Shown one piece after another: positions 23,262 to 33,234 of a stretch of DNA of 33,508 bases; positions within the stretch are counted from its first letter, which is position 1, and the number at the start of each line of letters is the position of its first letter. The notes under the pieces are model-generated. The model was not told the origin of the DNA, did no database searches, and worked only from the letters and a program-made list of their open reading frames with translations. Position numbers and translations under genes: made by a program. The stretch lies in IMG/VR virus record IMGVR_UViG_648276643_000011; one strand, 5' to 3'. This DNA is from a virus (lineage: Duplodnaviria; Heunggongvirae; Uroviricota; Caudoviricetes).

Positions 23262-25919
23262 ATGAGCACGAAATTTAAAACCGTTATCACTACTGCCGGA
23301 GCCGCGAAGCTGGCAGCCGCCACTGTCCCCGGCGGGAAAAAAGTAACTCTGTCTGCAATGGCCGTGGGTGACGGTAATGGCAAATTGCCGGTGCCGGATG
23401 CCGGTCAGACGAAACTGGTGCATGAGGTCTGGCGTCACGCTCTGAATAAAGTCAGCGTGGATAACAAGAATAAAAACTATATCGTGGCTGAACTGGTTGT
23501 ACCGCCAGAAGTGGGCGGCTTCTGGATGCGTGAGCTGGGTCTGTATGACGATGCCGGAACACTGATTGCGGTCGCTAACATGGCGGAAAGCTATAAACCT
23601 GAACTCGCTGAAGGCTCCGGGCGCGCGCAGACCTGCCGCATGGTTATTATTGTCAGCAACGTGGCGTCCGTTGAGCTGAGTATTGATGCCAGCACAGTGA
23701 TGGCGACGCAGGATTACGTCGATGACAAAATCGCAGAGCATGAGCAATCCCGCCGCCATCCTGACGCCACGCTGACAGAAAAAGGTTTTACTCAGTTAAG
23801 TAGCGCAACAAACAGCACCAGTGAAGAGCTGGCGGCAACGCCAAAGGCAGTAAAAGCAGCCTATGACAATGCTGAAAAACGTATGCAGAAAGACCAGAAC
23901 GGTGACGATATTCCAGATAAGGGCGCTTTTCTGGACAATGTTGGCGTTACCAGCCTGACGTTTATGAAAAACAATGGCGAAATGCCGCTTGATGCTGACT
24001 TGAATACATTTGGTCCCGTTAAGGCTTATCTTGGCATCTGGTCTAAAGCAACATCCACCAACGCAACACTGGAGAAAAATTTCCCGGAAGATAATGCTGT
24101 CGGTGTGCTTGAGGTTTTTGCAGCTGGCAATTTTGCAGGCACGCAACGTTTTATCACGAGAGACGGCAATGTATACATGCGTAAACTCGCCAATAAGTGG
24201 AATGGCACTGATGGTCCGTGGGGCGTATGGCGTCACACTCAATCAGCTACCCGCCCTTTGAGTACGACTATAGACCTGAATACGCTTGGAGCCGCTGAGC
24301 ATCTTGGTTTATGGCGTAACAGTAGCTCGGCTATAGCTTCATATGAACGCAATTATCCAGAGGAAGGCGGCTTTGCTCAGGGGACGCTTGAGATCCTCGA
24401 AGGCGGGAATTATGGAAGAACGCAACGTTATACCACTCGTCGTGGGAATATGTACGTTCGCTGCCTTGCGGCAAGCTGGGATGCATCAAATCCGCAGTGG
24501 GAACCGTGGTTAAGAGTCGGTCATCAGTCAGAGAGCCGTTATTACGAAGGTGATTTGAATGTTCTAACCGACCCCGGTATTTACAGTGTTACAGGAAAGG
24601 CGACAAACGGTCCGATGCTGGACGCTGCTGGGGCGACATTGCTTGGGATACTGGAAGTAATCAGGCGTTTTGATGGTGTATCTGTCTGGCAGCGTTACAC
24701 AACCACAGGAAAATCAGAAACCACACAGGGGCGCACTTTTGAGCGCGTCTACGCCGGGAGCACATGGACCGAATGGCGAGAAGTGTATAACTCCTTTTCG
24801 TTGCCCCTGAATATGGGGATCGGTGGCGCAGTGGCAAAACTCACCAGCCTGGACTGGCAGACCTACGATTTTGTGCCGGGCAGTCTGATAACCGTTCGGC
24901 TTGATAACATGACCAATATTCCCGACGGTATGGACTGGGGCGTCATTGATGGCAACCTGATAAACATCGCTGTTGGTCCGAGTGATGATTCCGGTACGGG
25001 GCGCTCAATGCATGTATGGCGCAGCACTGTAAGTAAAGCGAATTACCGCTTTTTTATGGTTCGCATTTCAGGAAATCCGGGAAGCCGCACGATTACGACA
25101 AGACGTGTGCCAATTATCGACGAAGCTCAGACATGGGCGGCGAAACAGACATTCAGCGGTGGTCTTTCTGGCGAACTATCCGGCAATGCTGCTACAGCAA
25201 CAAAGCTGAAAACGGCAAGGACAATTAACGGCGTAAAATTTGACGGCTCGGCAAATATTGAAGCGTTTCCGCCAGGTGTTCCGCTGCCGTGGCCATCAGA
25301 TACTGTGCCGTCTGGTTACGCCCTGATGCAGGGACAGACTTTTGATAAATCTGCATACCCGAAACTTGCAGTCGCTTATCCGTCAGGCGTGATCCCGGAT
25401 ATGCGTGGCTGGACAATCAAGGGCAAACCCGCCAGTGGTCGGGCCGTATTGTCTCTGGAACAGGACGGCATTAAATCGCACACCCACAGTGCCAGCGCAT
25501 CCAGTACGGATTTGGGTACGAAAACCACATCGTCGTTTGATTACGGTACTAAATCAACGAATAACACAGGTGCACATACCCACAATGTATCTGGTACTGC
25601 AAATAGTGCTGGCGCACATACTCATACCGTTCCATTAAGGAGACCAAACAGTGGCGGTATGAATTTCGACTGGCTGGATGGTGCATCAAGTGGCACGGTG
25701 GTGGGGAATGGAACTGTGCCTTCTTCTGGCGCACATACCCACTCAGTATCAGGTACCGCTACAAGTGCTGGGGCACATGCACACACTGTTGGTATTGGCG
25801 CTCATACGCACTCTGTTGCGATTGGTTCACATGGACACACCATCACCGTTAACGCTGCTGGTAACGCGGAAAACACCGTTAAAAACATCGCATTTAATTA
25901 TATTGTGAGGCTTGCATAA
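23262..25919 (+). CDS. H: Tail fibre protein H with internal tandem domain triplication and His-rich GAH(T)H repeats near the C-terminus
   Basis: 885 aa; conserved P2 gpH-like N-terminus; three about 85 aa tandem repeats (residues about 235-500); six GAHTH/GAHAH/GSHGH motifs in the last 130 aa. Confidence 0.9.
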   Translation: MSTKFKTVITTAGAAKLAAATVPGGKKVTLSAMAVGDGNGKLPVPDAGQTKLVHEVWRHALNKVSVDNKNKNYIVAELVVPPEVGGFWMRELGLYDDAGTLIAVANMAESYKPELAEGSGRAQTCRMVIIVSNVASVELSIDASTVMATQDYVDDKIAEHEQSRRHPDATLTEKGFTQLSSATNSTSEELAATPKAVKAAYDNAEKRMQKDQNGDDIPDKGAFLDNVGVTSLTFMKNNGEMPLDADLNTFGPVKAYLGIWSKATSTNATLEKNFPEDNAVGVLEVFAAGNFAGTQRFITRDGNVYMRKLANKWNGTDGPWGVWRHTQSATRPLSTTIDLNTLGAAEHLGLWRNSSSAIASYERNYPEEGGFAQGTLEILEGGNYGRTQRYTTRRGNMYVRCLAASWDASNPQWEPWLRVGHQSESRYYEGDLNVLTDPGIYSVTGKATNGPMLDAAGATLLGILEVIRRFDGVSVWQRYTTTGKSETTQGRTFERVYAGSTWTEWREVYNSFSLPLNMGIGGAVAKLTSLDWQTYDFVPGSLITVRLDNMTNIPDGMDWGVIDGNLINIAVGPSDDSGTGRSMHVWRSTVSKANYRFFMVRISGNPGSRTITTRRVPIIDEAQTWAAKQTFSGGLSGELSGNAATATKLKTARTINGVKFDGSANIEAFPPGVPLPWPSDTVPSGYALMQGQTFDKSAYPKLAVAYPSGVIPDMRGWTIKGKPASGRAVLSLEQDGIKSHTHSASASSTDLGTKTTSSFDYGTKSTNNTGAHTHNVSGTANSAGAHTHTVPLRRPNSGGMNFDWLDGASSGTVVGNGTVPSSGAHTHSVSGTATSAGAHAHTVGIGAHTHSVAIGSHGHTITVNAAGNAENTVKNIAFNYIVRLA

Positions 25920-26536
25920 TGGCATTCAGAATGAGTGAACAATCACGTACTGTAAAAATTTATAACCTGCTGGCCGGAACTAATGAGTTTATTGGTGAAG
26001 GTGACGCATATATTCCACCTCATACAGGGCTGCCAGCCAATTCTACAGATATCGCCCCACCGGAAATTCCTGCTGGCTTTGTGGCAGTTTTTAACAGTGA
26101 AAATGAATCGTGGAATATTGTTGAAGACCATCGTGGTAAAACGGTCTATGACGTGGCATCGGGGGACGCGTTGTTTATTTCTGAACCCGGACCGCTACCA
26201 GAGAATGTCACCTGGTTGTCGCCAGCAGGGGAGTATCAGAAGTGGGACGGCGTATCCTGGGTGAAGGATGAGGAAGCAGAAAAACTGTTTCGGATACGGG
26301 AAGCGGAAGAGAAAAAGGCAAGGTTGATCCAGGAAGCAACAGATAACATCGCAATTCTGCAGGATGCAGTTAATCTTGAAATAGCAACAAACGAGGAAAA
26401 TTCACAACTGGATTCCTGGAGAAAATACAGAGTATTAGTGAGTAGAATTGACACCAGTACAGCTCCGGATATCGTATGGCCAGAGCTGATGAATCAGGGT
26501 TATGTGCGGGAGGACGAGCAGATAACTTCAGACTGA
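25919..26536 (+). CDS. G: Tail fibre assembly chaperone (gpG-like)
   Basis: 205 aa; ATG overlaps H stop (TAATG); position after H. Confidence 0.8.
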   Translation: MAFRMSEQSRTVKIYNLLAGTNEFIGEGDAYIPPHTGLPANSTDIAPPEIPAGFVAVFNSENESWNIVEDHRGKTVYDVASGDALFISEPGPLPENVTWLSPAGEYQKWDGVSWVKDEEAEKLFRIREAEEKKARLIQEATDNIAILQDAVNLEIATNEENSQLDSWRKYRVLVSRIDTSTAPDIVWPELMNQGYVREDEQITSD

Positions 26537-27063
26537 AATTTAGTGATGAATGTTGAATCATCTGGAATATCATGCAATACCAATGCATGAGCACCTATTG
26601 TGACATTGTTTCCTATACGCACTTTGCCACCAAGAATGGTGGCATTACAACCAATGGTCACATTATGTCCTATAACAATATCCATATCATTAAAATCACC
26701 ACGCAGCCCAATAGTTACCCCTGGTTTTATTGAACAATTTTCACCGATTGTTACTTTGTGACCGATAACAACACTGTTGAGATAAGAAATATCAAAGCCT
26801 TTCCCTATATTTACAGTTAAAGGGACTGTTACATTATATTTATCAAGAATGAAACGTTCTATTTTCCCCGCAATCTTCCGACAGTATCCGCCTTTATCAA
26901 AAAGGTATTTGGCTATGCGCCACCAAAATAAATAACGAACTCTTCTATGTTTTATTGCGCGAACAATTGCCTTTCGCCAGGAGAAAGGACGCTCGCTACC
27001 GATTACTTCATAGTGAATACAATCTTTAAGTTCATTAATATTCATATCTCTATTATTCAGCAT
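26500..27063 (-). CDS. Hexapeptide-repeat (left-handed beta-helix) acyl/acetyltransferase at the Z/fun variable locus
   Basis: 187 aa; consecutive hexapeptide repeats [21 protein letters not shown] ... [34 protein letters not shown]; about 35 percent GC; convergently overlaps the 3' end of G by 37 bp. Confidence 0.75.
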   Translation of the reverse strand: MLNNRDMNINELKDCIHYEVIGSERPFSWRKAIVRAIKHRRVRYLFWWRIAKYLFDKGGYCRKIAGKIERFILDKYNVTVPLTVNIGKGFDISYLNSVVIGHKVTIGENCSIKPGVTIGLRGDFNDMDIVIGHNVTIGCNATILGGKVRIGNNVTIGAHALVLHDIPDDSTFITKFQSEVICSSSRT

Positions 27064-27185
27064 AAGATAATCATGTGACCAATTATTGTAATAATTTTAA
27101 TGGTATGTTTCTACTGGCTATCCAGCGTGTCTGATGTCCAGTAACAAATCGTTAACACTGGTGCAATCAAATGGTGAGTGTTAAG

Positions 27186-27225
27186 ACTGGCCACTTATTA
27201 CCAGGTATGAGGGTATGAGTGGCCA
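27186..27225. other. 9 bp inverted repeat (CTGGCCACT ... AGTGGCCAG) with 22 nt spacer, immediately 3' of gene U
   Basis: Perfect 9 bp arms at 27186-27194 and 27217-27225, between U stop and the acetyltransferase start; weak terminator or protein site; lies at one boundary of the inverted tail block. Confidence 0.35.
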
Positions 27226-27233
27226 GCATTAAA

Positions 27234-27728
27234 TCAGAACAGCCCTTTAACTGAACTGGCCGCGCTGTTAAGGGATGATGTCACTTTATCTTTGAAGCCG
27301 GACAGCATATCGCTGAACGATGAGGATTGCAGGCGCTCCCGCAAATCCTCATCACAGCGTTCAAGGGTCAGTGAAAATTCTATCTTTTTCGCCTTACCGT
27401 AGCGATCAAACTCGGAACGGGTCGTATTCGTTTCGGTCAGGACATACATGCCGTAAATCTGCCCGACGCCATCAATAAGAGGCCAGGGGCGTCCTGTATA
27501 CGCCTGCGTGGTCAGCAGCGACAGCGACACTTCGCCACCTGTAATTTCAGGATAAAGCACACCAGAAAGAACGATGCGATCATCACCTGCACCGATATAC
27601 TGCCAGCTTGCTGAACGGTTAACGCGTTCATTTTTCACATGCCGCCAGCTTTTGTTTTGCTGTAACTGCTGATGCGGCAGCGTGCGCAGCTCAAAAACAA
27701 ACATGCCGTAGATCATCATCATGGCCAT
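27234..27728 (-). CDS. U: Tail protein U
   Basis: 164 aa; follows tape measure as in P2; similarity to P2 gpU. Confidence 0.85.
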   Translation of the reverse strand: MAMMMIYGMFVFELRTLPHQQLQQNKSWRHVKNERVNRSASWQYIGAGDDRIVLSGVLYPEITGGEVSLSLLTTQAYTGRPWPLIDGVGQIYGMYVLTETNTTRSEFDRYGKAKKIEFSLTLERCDEDLRERLQSSSFSDMLSGFKDKVTSSLNSAASSVKGLF

Positions 27729-27734
27729 GACTCC

Positions 27735-30578
27735 TCAATCTTTATCGTAAAAACTGCCACGCCCGGCACGGGCGCGCCGTTCCATTTCTGCCCTGACCAT
27801 TTCACCGACCAGTTTCGCCAGTTCGCGGGGATTCTGCGTAACAACGTTATGCAGATGAACATGAATTTCACCACCAAATCCGGAGGCAACAGGCTCCCGG
27901 TTACGGGAAGTTACAGGAACTGATGCCACTGGAGATCGTATGGCCTCCGCCACCGGGCGGGAGCTGGCCGCAACAACAGGGACCAGCGCCGGAGGCAGCG
28001 GAGCCGGGACCACGGGTGTGATATTAATTGCGGGGGCAGGCTTACTGACCTGCGCAATCTTCCGCTCCTGCCACTCTCCACGAACAGCAAGTGCGCGGGG
28101 CAGGTTCTTAAAGACAATATCGCCGGGGCCAATGCGTTTTTTCGTCTCATCAACCAGCTTACCTGTGTTATCAGCAATTTTGCTGAGTCTGCGTAGCGTC
28201 CCGGTATTGCTGTCTGTGAGCGGTTTGTTGTCTTTGGGTTTATTACCTCCGGTGCCATTGCCATTTTCCACAGGCTTCGGCGGATTGATTTTCGCCAGGT
28301 CACCCTGAAGCAAGGCAACCTTGTCCTGAAGAATGGCCGCACGCTGTGCGTCTTCGATTTTCTTGCGCGCTCTTTCCGCTTCATCCGGAAGGACGCCAAG
28401 TTTTTCAAGTATCCACGCCAGCGTATCCAGTAGCATTTTTGCAGGTGTCAGAACAAGCTGTAACGCACCGCCAAGAACGTTACCGAATATCTCGCCAGCA
28501 CTGGTACATTTATCCAGCGTTTCCTTGCTGGACTCCATCGGTGACAGCAGCGATTTAAACCAGTTAAACACCTGGCTGATCCCGCTTCCGATTGTGTCAA
28601 AAACAGGACCAAACCGTTCAAAGGTTTCGCGCAACGGGGTCAGCCTTTCCATAATCCCGCTGAACACCCCGGCAAAAAATGCCCTGATGGGATCCCAGTA
28701 TTTCCAGATAAGAACGGCAGCTCCGGCAAGCGCAGCCACGATAAGACCAACCGGACTGAACAGCGCCCCGATAGCGCCTCCCAGTAAAGAAACGGAACCC
28801 GTCACCATTCCCCACAGCGCAGGCAACACCCTGACGACATTCATTGACCGGGTAAGAATGTCAAAACCAAGACGCAGGGTGGCCAGCTTCCCGTAAAGCA
28901 CCCCAATAACCAGCGACAACGAGCCAATCGTTGCAGTCATTGCCAGCAACGCACCGCCTGCTATCAGTAGCTGGCGCGTCAGTACCGGATGGGCCTGCGC
29001 CAGCGAGGTGATTTTTTCAAGCACCCGCGTGAGCCACTGCGTGACAGAACGCAGCGGACCGTCAACCAGATCACTGATGCGAATACGAAGACCTTCCCAT
29101 GCGCTGTCGAGATTTTTCAGGTCCCCATCAAGATTATCGGCCATTACTTTTGCGACGCGATCGGCCTCTCCCCTTGCCCCCTGCAATTCTCTGGTCAGTT
29201 TTTGCAGCTCTCCTGAACCAGCCGCCGCAACAAGCGTCTGCAAACCAACGAACGCCTCTTCTCCGGCGATGTCCTTGAAGAAGGAAACCTGGTCCACCTG
29301 TCCGTATTTTTGTGTCGCCTTATAGAGATCAAGCAGCACATCCTCCATCGGGCGCATTTTGCCTCTGGCGTCAGCAACTGACACCCCCAGCTCTTTCAGT
29401 GCATCAGCCGCAGCTTTTGGCGGTGATGCAAGGCGGGACAGACTTGCGCGCATGGCCGTACCAGCATCGCTTCCGCGAAGACCATTATTGGCAAGCATCC
29501 CGGCCATGGCTGCCGCTTCTTCAAGACTGATACCAAGTTTTGCGGCAACCGGACCGGTATACTTCATGGTTTCGCCCAGCGCGCGTAAATCAGTATTGGT
29601 CCGGGTGAATGCTGCTGTCAGCGTATCGCCAACACGGTCCATTTGATCGGCTGTCAGGTTGAACTGTGTGAGGATATTGGAGCCTATATCAGCCGTCTCG
29701 CCGAGTTCGACGCCACCTGCCAGCGCCATATTAAGAACACCGGGCAATGCGGCCTGAATGGCCTGCGGAGTAAAACCAGCCATTGCCAGAAAGCTCTGCC
29801 CACTGGCGGCATCACTCGCAGTAAACTGTGTTTCAGAGCCAAGTTTTAACGCCTGCTCACGCAGCGCCTTAAACTGCGGGCTGTTTTTGTCGATTCGCGT
29901 CAGTGCCTGAACACGGGACATCTCTTTGCCGAACCCGATCGCAGGCTGCAAAAAACGCCCGGCAGCATAGCCGCCCGCCGTTGCCGCACCAATTGCCAGC
30001 GCACCACCTGTTTTCAGTTTTCCCGCTGTTTCCTGCGCGCGCGAATACCGCTCACGCGCCCGTGTTACACGCGCAAGCGCCTGCCGTTCGCGTTCAAGCT
30101 GGTTGTTGTACTGTTCGGTGCGTCTGATGGCCTGCTGGATGGTGTTATCGCTGCCTGTCAGGGAAATGCCGTGGCGTTTCAGCTCTCCGCCAAGCTCCCG
30201 CATTTTCTGAATTTCCCGTGTGCGCGATTCATTCAGGCGTTCAAGCCGGGTGCTTAACTGCTGCATCAGCTTTTGTTGTTTTTCGCTGAGCACTGTACCC
30301 GTGCGTTGTAACTGATTAAGGGCGTTAAGCTGGCGTCGTGCTTTCAATATGCCAGCATCCGCTTTACTGACAGCGTCACGGGCGCGCTCAAATGAACGCG
30401 CCTGACGCTCGAGATTTTTGATCGCCCCCTGCGTTCGCTGGATGGAGTCACCAAACTGCCCCATCAGGCGGCGGGCGTTTTCGGCAGGCCGGGTCAGCCT
30501 GTCAACGGCGCTGAAAGCGACCCGGATGTCAAGAGTCTTCATTGTCTGCATTCCCGCTGCGAAGTGCCGCCCGCTCAC
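27735..30578 (-). CDS. T: Tail tape measure protein T
   Basis: 947 aa, alpha-helical N-terminal half with coiled-coil character, central hydrophobic/glycine-rich segments. Confidence 0.9.
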   Translation of the reverse strand: MSGRHFAAGMQTMKTLDIRVAFSAVDRLTRPAENARRLMGQFGDSIQRTQGAIKNLERQARSFERARDAVSKADAGILKARRQLNALNQLQRTGTVLSEKQQKLMQQLSTRLERLNESRTREIQKMRELGGELKRHGISLTGSDNTIQQAIRRTEQYNNQLERERQALARVTRARERYSRAQETAGKLKTGGALAIGAATAGGYAAGRFLQPAIGFGKEMSRVQALTRIDKNSPQFKALREQALKLGSETQFTASDAASGQSFLAMAGFTPQAIQAALPGVLNMALAGGVELGETADIGSNILTQFNLTADQMDRVGDTLTAAFTRTNTDLRALGETMKYTGPVAAKLGISLEEAAAMAGMLANNGLRGSDAGTAMRASLSRLASPPKAAADALKELGVSVADARGKMRPMEDVLLDLYKATQKYGQVDQVSFFKDIAGEEAFVGLQTLVAAAGSGELQKLTRELQGARGEADRVAKVMADNLDGDLKNLDSAWEGLRIRISDLVDGPLRSVTQWLTRVLEKITSLAQAHPVLTRQLLIAGGALLAMTATIGSLSLVIGVLYGKLATLRLGFDILTRSMNVVRVLPALWGMVTGSVSLLGGAIGALFSPVGLIVAALAGAAVLIWKYWDPIRAFFAGVFSGIMERLTPLRETFERFGPVFDTIGSGISQVFNWFKSLLSPMESSKETLDKCTSAGEIFGNVLGGALQLVLTPAKMLLDTLAWILEKLGVLPDEAERARKKIEDAQRAAILQDKVALLQGDLAKINPPKPVENGNGTGGNKPKDNKPLTDSNTGTLRRLSKIADNTGKLVDETKKRIGPGDIVFKNLPRALAVRGEWQERKIAQVSKPAPAINITPVVPAPLPPALVPVVAASSRPVAEAIRSPVASVPVTSRNREPVASGFGGEIHVHLHNVVTQNPRELAKLVGEMVRAEMERRARAGRGSFYDKD

Positions 30579-30797
30579 GCCAGCTAACCACTTCGCCGGG
30601 CGTCATCATGAAGATTTCGGCGGGCGACCAGTTAAAAATGGCGGCAATATCCGCCACCAGATCTTCGATGTGCTCAAAGCACACCAGGGTGATTACGCTG
30701 CCGTCTCCTGCACGCTCTTCGCGCCAGAGTCTGGCTCGCTCATAAAATTTACAGCCACAGCGCACAACTGAATAAAATCGCGTGACGACATTTTTTT
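30529..30797 (-). other. E' extension reached by programmed -1 frameshift from E (tail assembly chaperone E+E')
   Basis: The -1 frame opens directly after a TAA at 30796-30798 and runs to 30529, overlapping the start of T; slippery A7 tract (plus-strand T7 at 30791-30797) inside E. Confidence 0.6.
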
Positions 30798-31058
30798 AAT
30801 CATCACTTCATCCAGTCGTGGCGAGGTCACGCGAGGCAACAGCGTGAACATGGTATCCGCTTTCAGATTCAGCACATCAGACAGCGACAGACCACGCAGG
30901 GATCCAGCCTGCTCAATAGCCCCGGTGATCTCCACATACGTGATTTTTTCGCCACCACGCTCAATTGGTCGGGTCAGTTTTACGCCACGCTCGCTGGTTT
31001 CTTTCACAGTGTCAGCAACGACCGTATTTTCGGTATCGATGTTTTTCGTCACTTTCAT
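30693..31058 (-). CDS. E: Tail assembly chaperone E
   Basis: Blocks GSLRGLSL and LLPRVTSPRL parallel P2 gpE; the true start may be an internal codon because the 121 aa ORF is longer than P2 E. Confidence 0.75.
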   Translation of the reverse strand: MKVTKNIDTENTVVADTVKETSERGVKLTRPIERGGEKITYVEITGAIEQAGSLRGLSLSDVLNLKADTMFTLLPRVTSPRLDEVMIKKMSSRDFIQLCAVAVNFMSEPDSGAKSVQETAA

Positions 31059-31112
31059 CAGGAAACTCCTTTCAGTCAGAGGCGACGCACTGCGCCGCCT
31101 GCATATTACTTA

Positions 31113-31625
31113 TCAGCCAAGCCCGAGCGCGGAACGGATGCGATCGGGCACAATGTCCTTGCCGTCCTTCCGGTAAATGAAGTTCAGCAGGTCAATCTCC
31201 CACAACGGGCGATCGTTAACACTCAGCTTGTAGTAGGTGTTTTTAATGGCGTAAGTGTGTGATGTGGCTTCGCCCTGTTTGGCTTCCCCCATATCAATTT
31301 CCGTCACACGTCCGCGCATTTCGACTTCATACAGGTCGCTTTCATCATCGGTGTAGTATTCACCCGCAAAACGCAGTAGCGTGCCGTCAATCGTGCCGCC
31401 ATACTTCAGGAACAGCTCACGAACTGCGCCCCCCATGACAAAGCTCGCATCAAGCGCGGAGTCGTCCAGACCGAGATCAATACTTACCGCCCCCATCATG
31501 CCACCACCCCGGTAGCTGTCGGTTTTGCGCGTCAGTTTAGGCAGGGTGACGGACGTCACCTTACCCACTTCGTTTTCACCATCCACAAACAGCGTAAAAA
31601 AGCGAAGATGTTTTGGTACAGCCAT
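31113..31625 (-). CDS. FII: Tail tube protein FII
   Basis: 170 aa; size and position after sheath; by-eye match to P2 FII. Confidence 0.9.
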   Translation of the reverse strand: MAVPKHLRFFTLFVDGENEVGKVTSVTLPKLTRKTDSYRGGGMMGAVSIDLGLDDSALDASFVMGGAVRELFLKYGGTIDGTLLRFAGEYYTDDESDLYEVEMRGRVTEIDMGEAKQGEATSHTYAIKNTYYKLSVNDRPLWEIDLLNFIYRKDGKDIVPDRIRSALGLG

Positions 31626-32809
31626 CAGGCACCTCCCAGCACCGCAAATGCGGGACCAAAGAATTCATCAGTAAACGACTGGTAAAGCTCCATGTCTTCC
31701 AGCGGAGGAACGGGCGTATATTTGTAGCGAATACGCACACGCCCCTGACGTAAATTCGTGGTGCTGTTATCCACGATGTCATACCAGCACTCCGCGCCAA
31801 TCAGTTTCCCGGCAGTAACCAGTGAATCCAGTTTTGCCCTGATGGCACTGATAACATCCTTCACGTTCGCAGGCGTCAGTGGACTGTCGATGGTTTCAAA
31901 CTGCGCTTCCGCAATTGAATCAGCCAGCACCTGTGCAGTTCGGGTATACACCTCAAAGATGTAGGCGTTCGTTTCCGGTGTGCGGTTGCCCCAGAAGCGG
32001 AACCCGTTGCGACGAATAATGGTCGTGATTTCTTTGTTGTTGAGGCTGTTGGCATCGCTGTCTTCGGCCTGCAACGACCAGAACACATGCCTGGACATCC
32101 CCAGCACATTTTTAACCGGAACATTGGACAGTGATTTGTGCCATCCCTGCTCATGGTCAATGTACGCACGAAGGCCGCACGCATAGGCAGGCGCGGGGAA
32201 CGTTTCGTTTTTGCCACTTTTCGGGTTGTAGGCGATGAAGTCCGGCCATAAGAGCATCACCTCACGTTCATTGAATTTCTGGCGGTAGGTAATCGCCTCA
32301 GCCATCGTGTTACAGCCGTGACATGAGGCATACACAAACGCGCGCAGTTTACCCGCAATCACGCACAGGGATTTTGTTACCGCCTCCGTATCCAGCTCCG
32401 GCGCGGCCAGAATACGCGGACGGTATCCGATGCTTTCATCCTGCTCTGCAACAAGCAGCGCATACATCCCCGTATAGCTGCCGTCAGATTCAGAACCACC
32501 GATAACCAGTTGATCCTGCGTTTTTCCGTCTTCTTCTTTGTGTTCAGCCACGCGAACGACGATCACCTTTGTGCTCACCTGGTCTGCGATGGCCTTAAGC
32601 GCACGATAAAGCGTCCCCGTTGTTCCGCATTTTCCCAGCACGTCATTGACGCGGGTCAGCAGTGTGGGCTTGTTCAGCGGGAACAGCTCCGCGTCCGCAT
32701 CATCCGCCATTGCCACGATACCGATAACACTGGAATCAACATCATTAATCGCTGTTACCAGGTCGGTACTTTCCGTAACACGGGCACCATGAAAACGAGT
32801 TTCACTCAT
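31625..32809 (-). CDS. FI: Tail sheath protein FI
   Basis: 394 aa; strong by-eye identity to P2 FI (DADAE.FPLNKP, KLRAF.Y, YRQ.F, WPDF, EQGWHK.LSNV, IRR.GFRFWGNRT, NYTRTAQV, YTPVPPLE). Confidence 0.9.
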   Translation of the reverse strand: MSETRFHGARVTESTDLVTAINDVDSSVIGIVAMADDADAELFPLNKPTLLTRVNDVLGKCGTTGTLYRALKAIADQVSTKVIVVRVAEHKEEDGKTQDQLVIGGSESDGSYTGMYALLVAEQDESIGYRPRILAAPELDTEAVTKSLCVIAGKLRAFVYASCHGCNTMAEAITYRQKFNEREVMLLWPDFIAYNPKSGKNETFPAPAYACGLRAYIDHEQGWHKSLSNVPVKNVLGMSRHVFWSLQAEDSDANSLNNKEITTIIRRNGFRFWGNRTPETNAYIFEVYTRTAQVLADSIAEAQFETIDSPLTPANVKDVISAIRAKLDSLVTAGKLIGAECWYDIVDNSTTNLRQGRVRIRYKYTPVPPLEDMELYQSFTDEFFGPAFAVLGGA

Positions 32810-32966
32810 AGCTTCAGCCCCTTGTATCCGTTAAATGATTCGGCAACAATCATCACCCACCACGCGCGTAATCTCACCCCTGCGCCGTTCTCCCGACCCG
32901 GCGACAACAAAAAGCAGTAACCCCCTCCGCACGCACATGCGACCATGCCGCACAGGGAGGGAACAG

Positions 32967-33234
32967 ATGACCGATACCACCATGCAATTGCTCAGTCAGG
33001 GCACAGACCCCGTGAAAATGCCGGATTTTGATATTCTCGCGGAGGGTAAAACGCTGTCAGGCGTGGCAGAGCGCCTGATGAGCCTGTCACTGACCGACAA
33101 CCGGGGATTTGAGGCGGACCAGCTCACCATCACGCTGGATGATGCGGATGGTCAGTTGCAGCTACCGCCACGGGGCGCGCGCCTGACGGTTCTCATTGGC
33201 TGGAAAGGAGAACCGCTGACAGAAAAAGGCACTT
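32967..33234 (+). pseudogene. D: Tail protein D, 5' fragment only (about 88 codons), interrupted by IS30
   Basis: MTDTTMQLLSQGTDPV ... LTDNRGFEADQL ... LDDADGQ ... GWKGEPLTEKG matches the P2 gpD N-terminus; RBS GGGAGGG upstream; homology ends where the IS30 terminal repeat begins. Coordinates plus or minus 1 nt. Confidence 0.8.

Noticed and set aside
27064-27233. A second IS30 copy or fragment at the left boundary of the inverted tail block
   Set aside because: No similarity to IS30 terminal repeats or transposase sequence in this interval; only a 9 bp inverted repeat with a long spacer.
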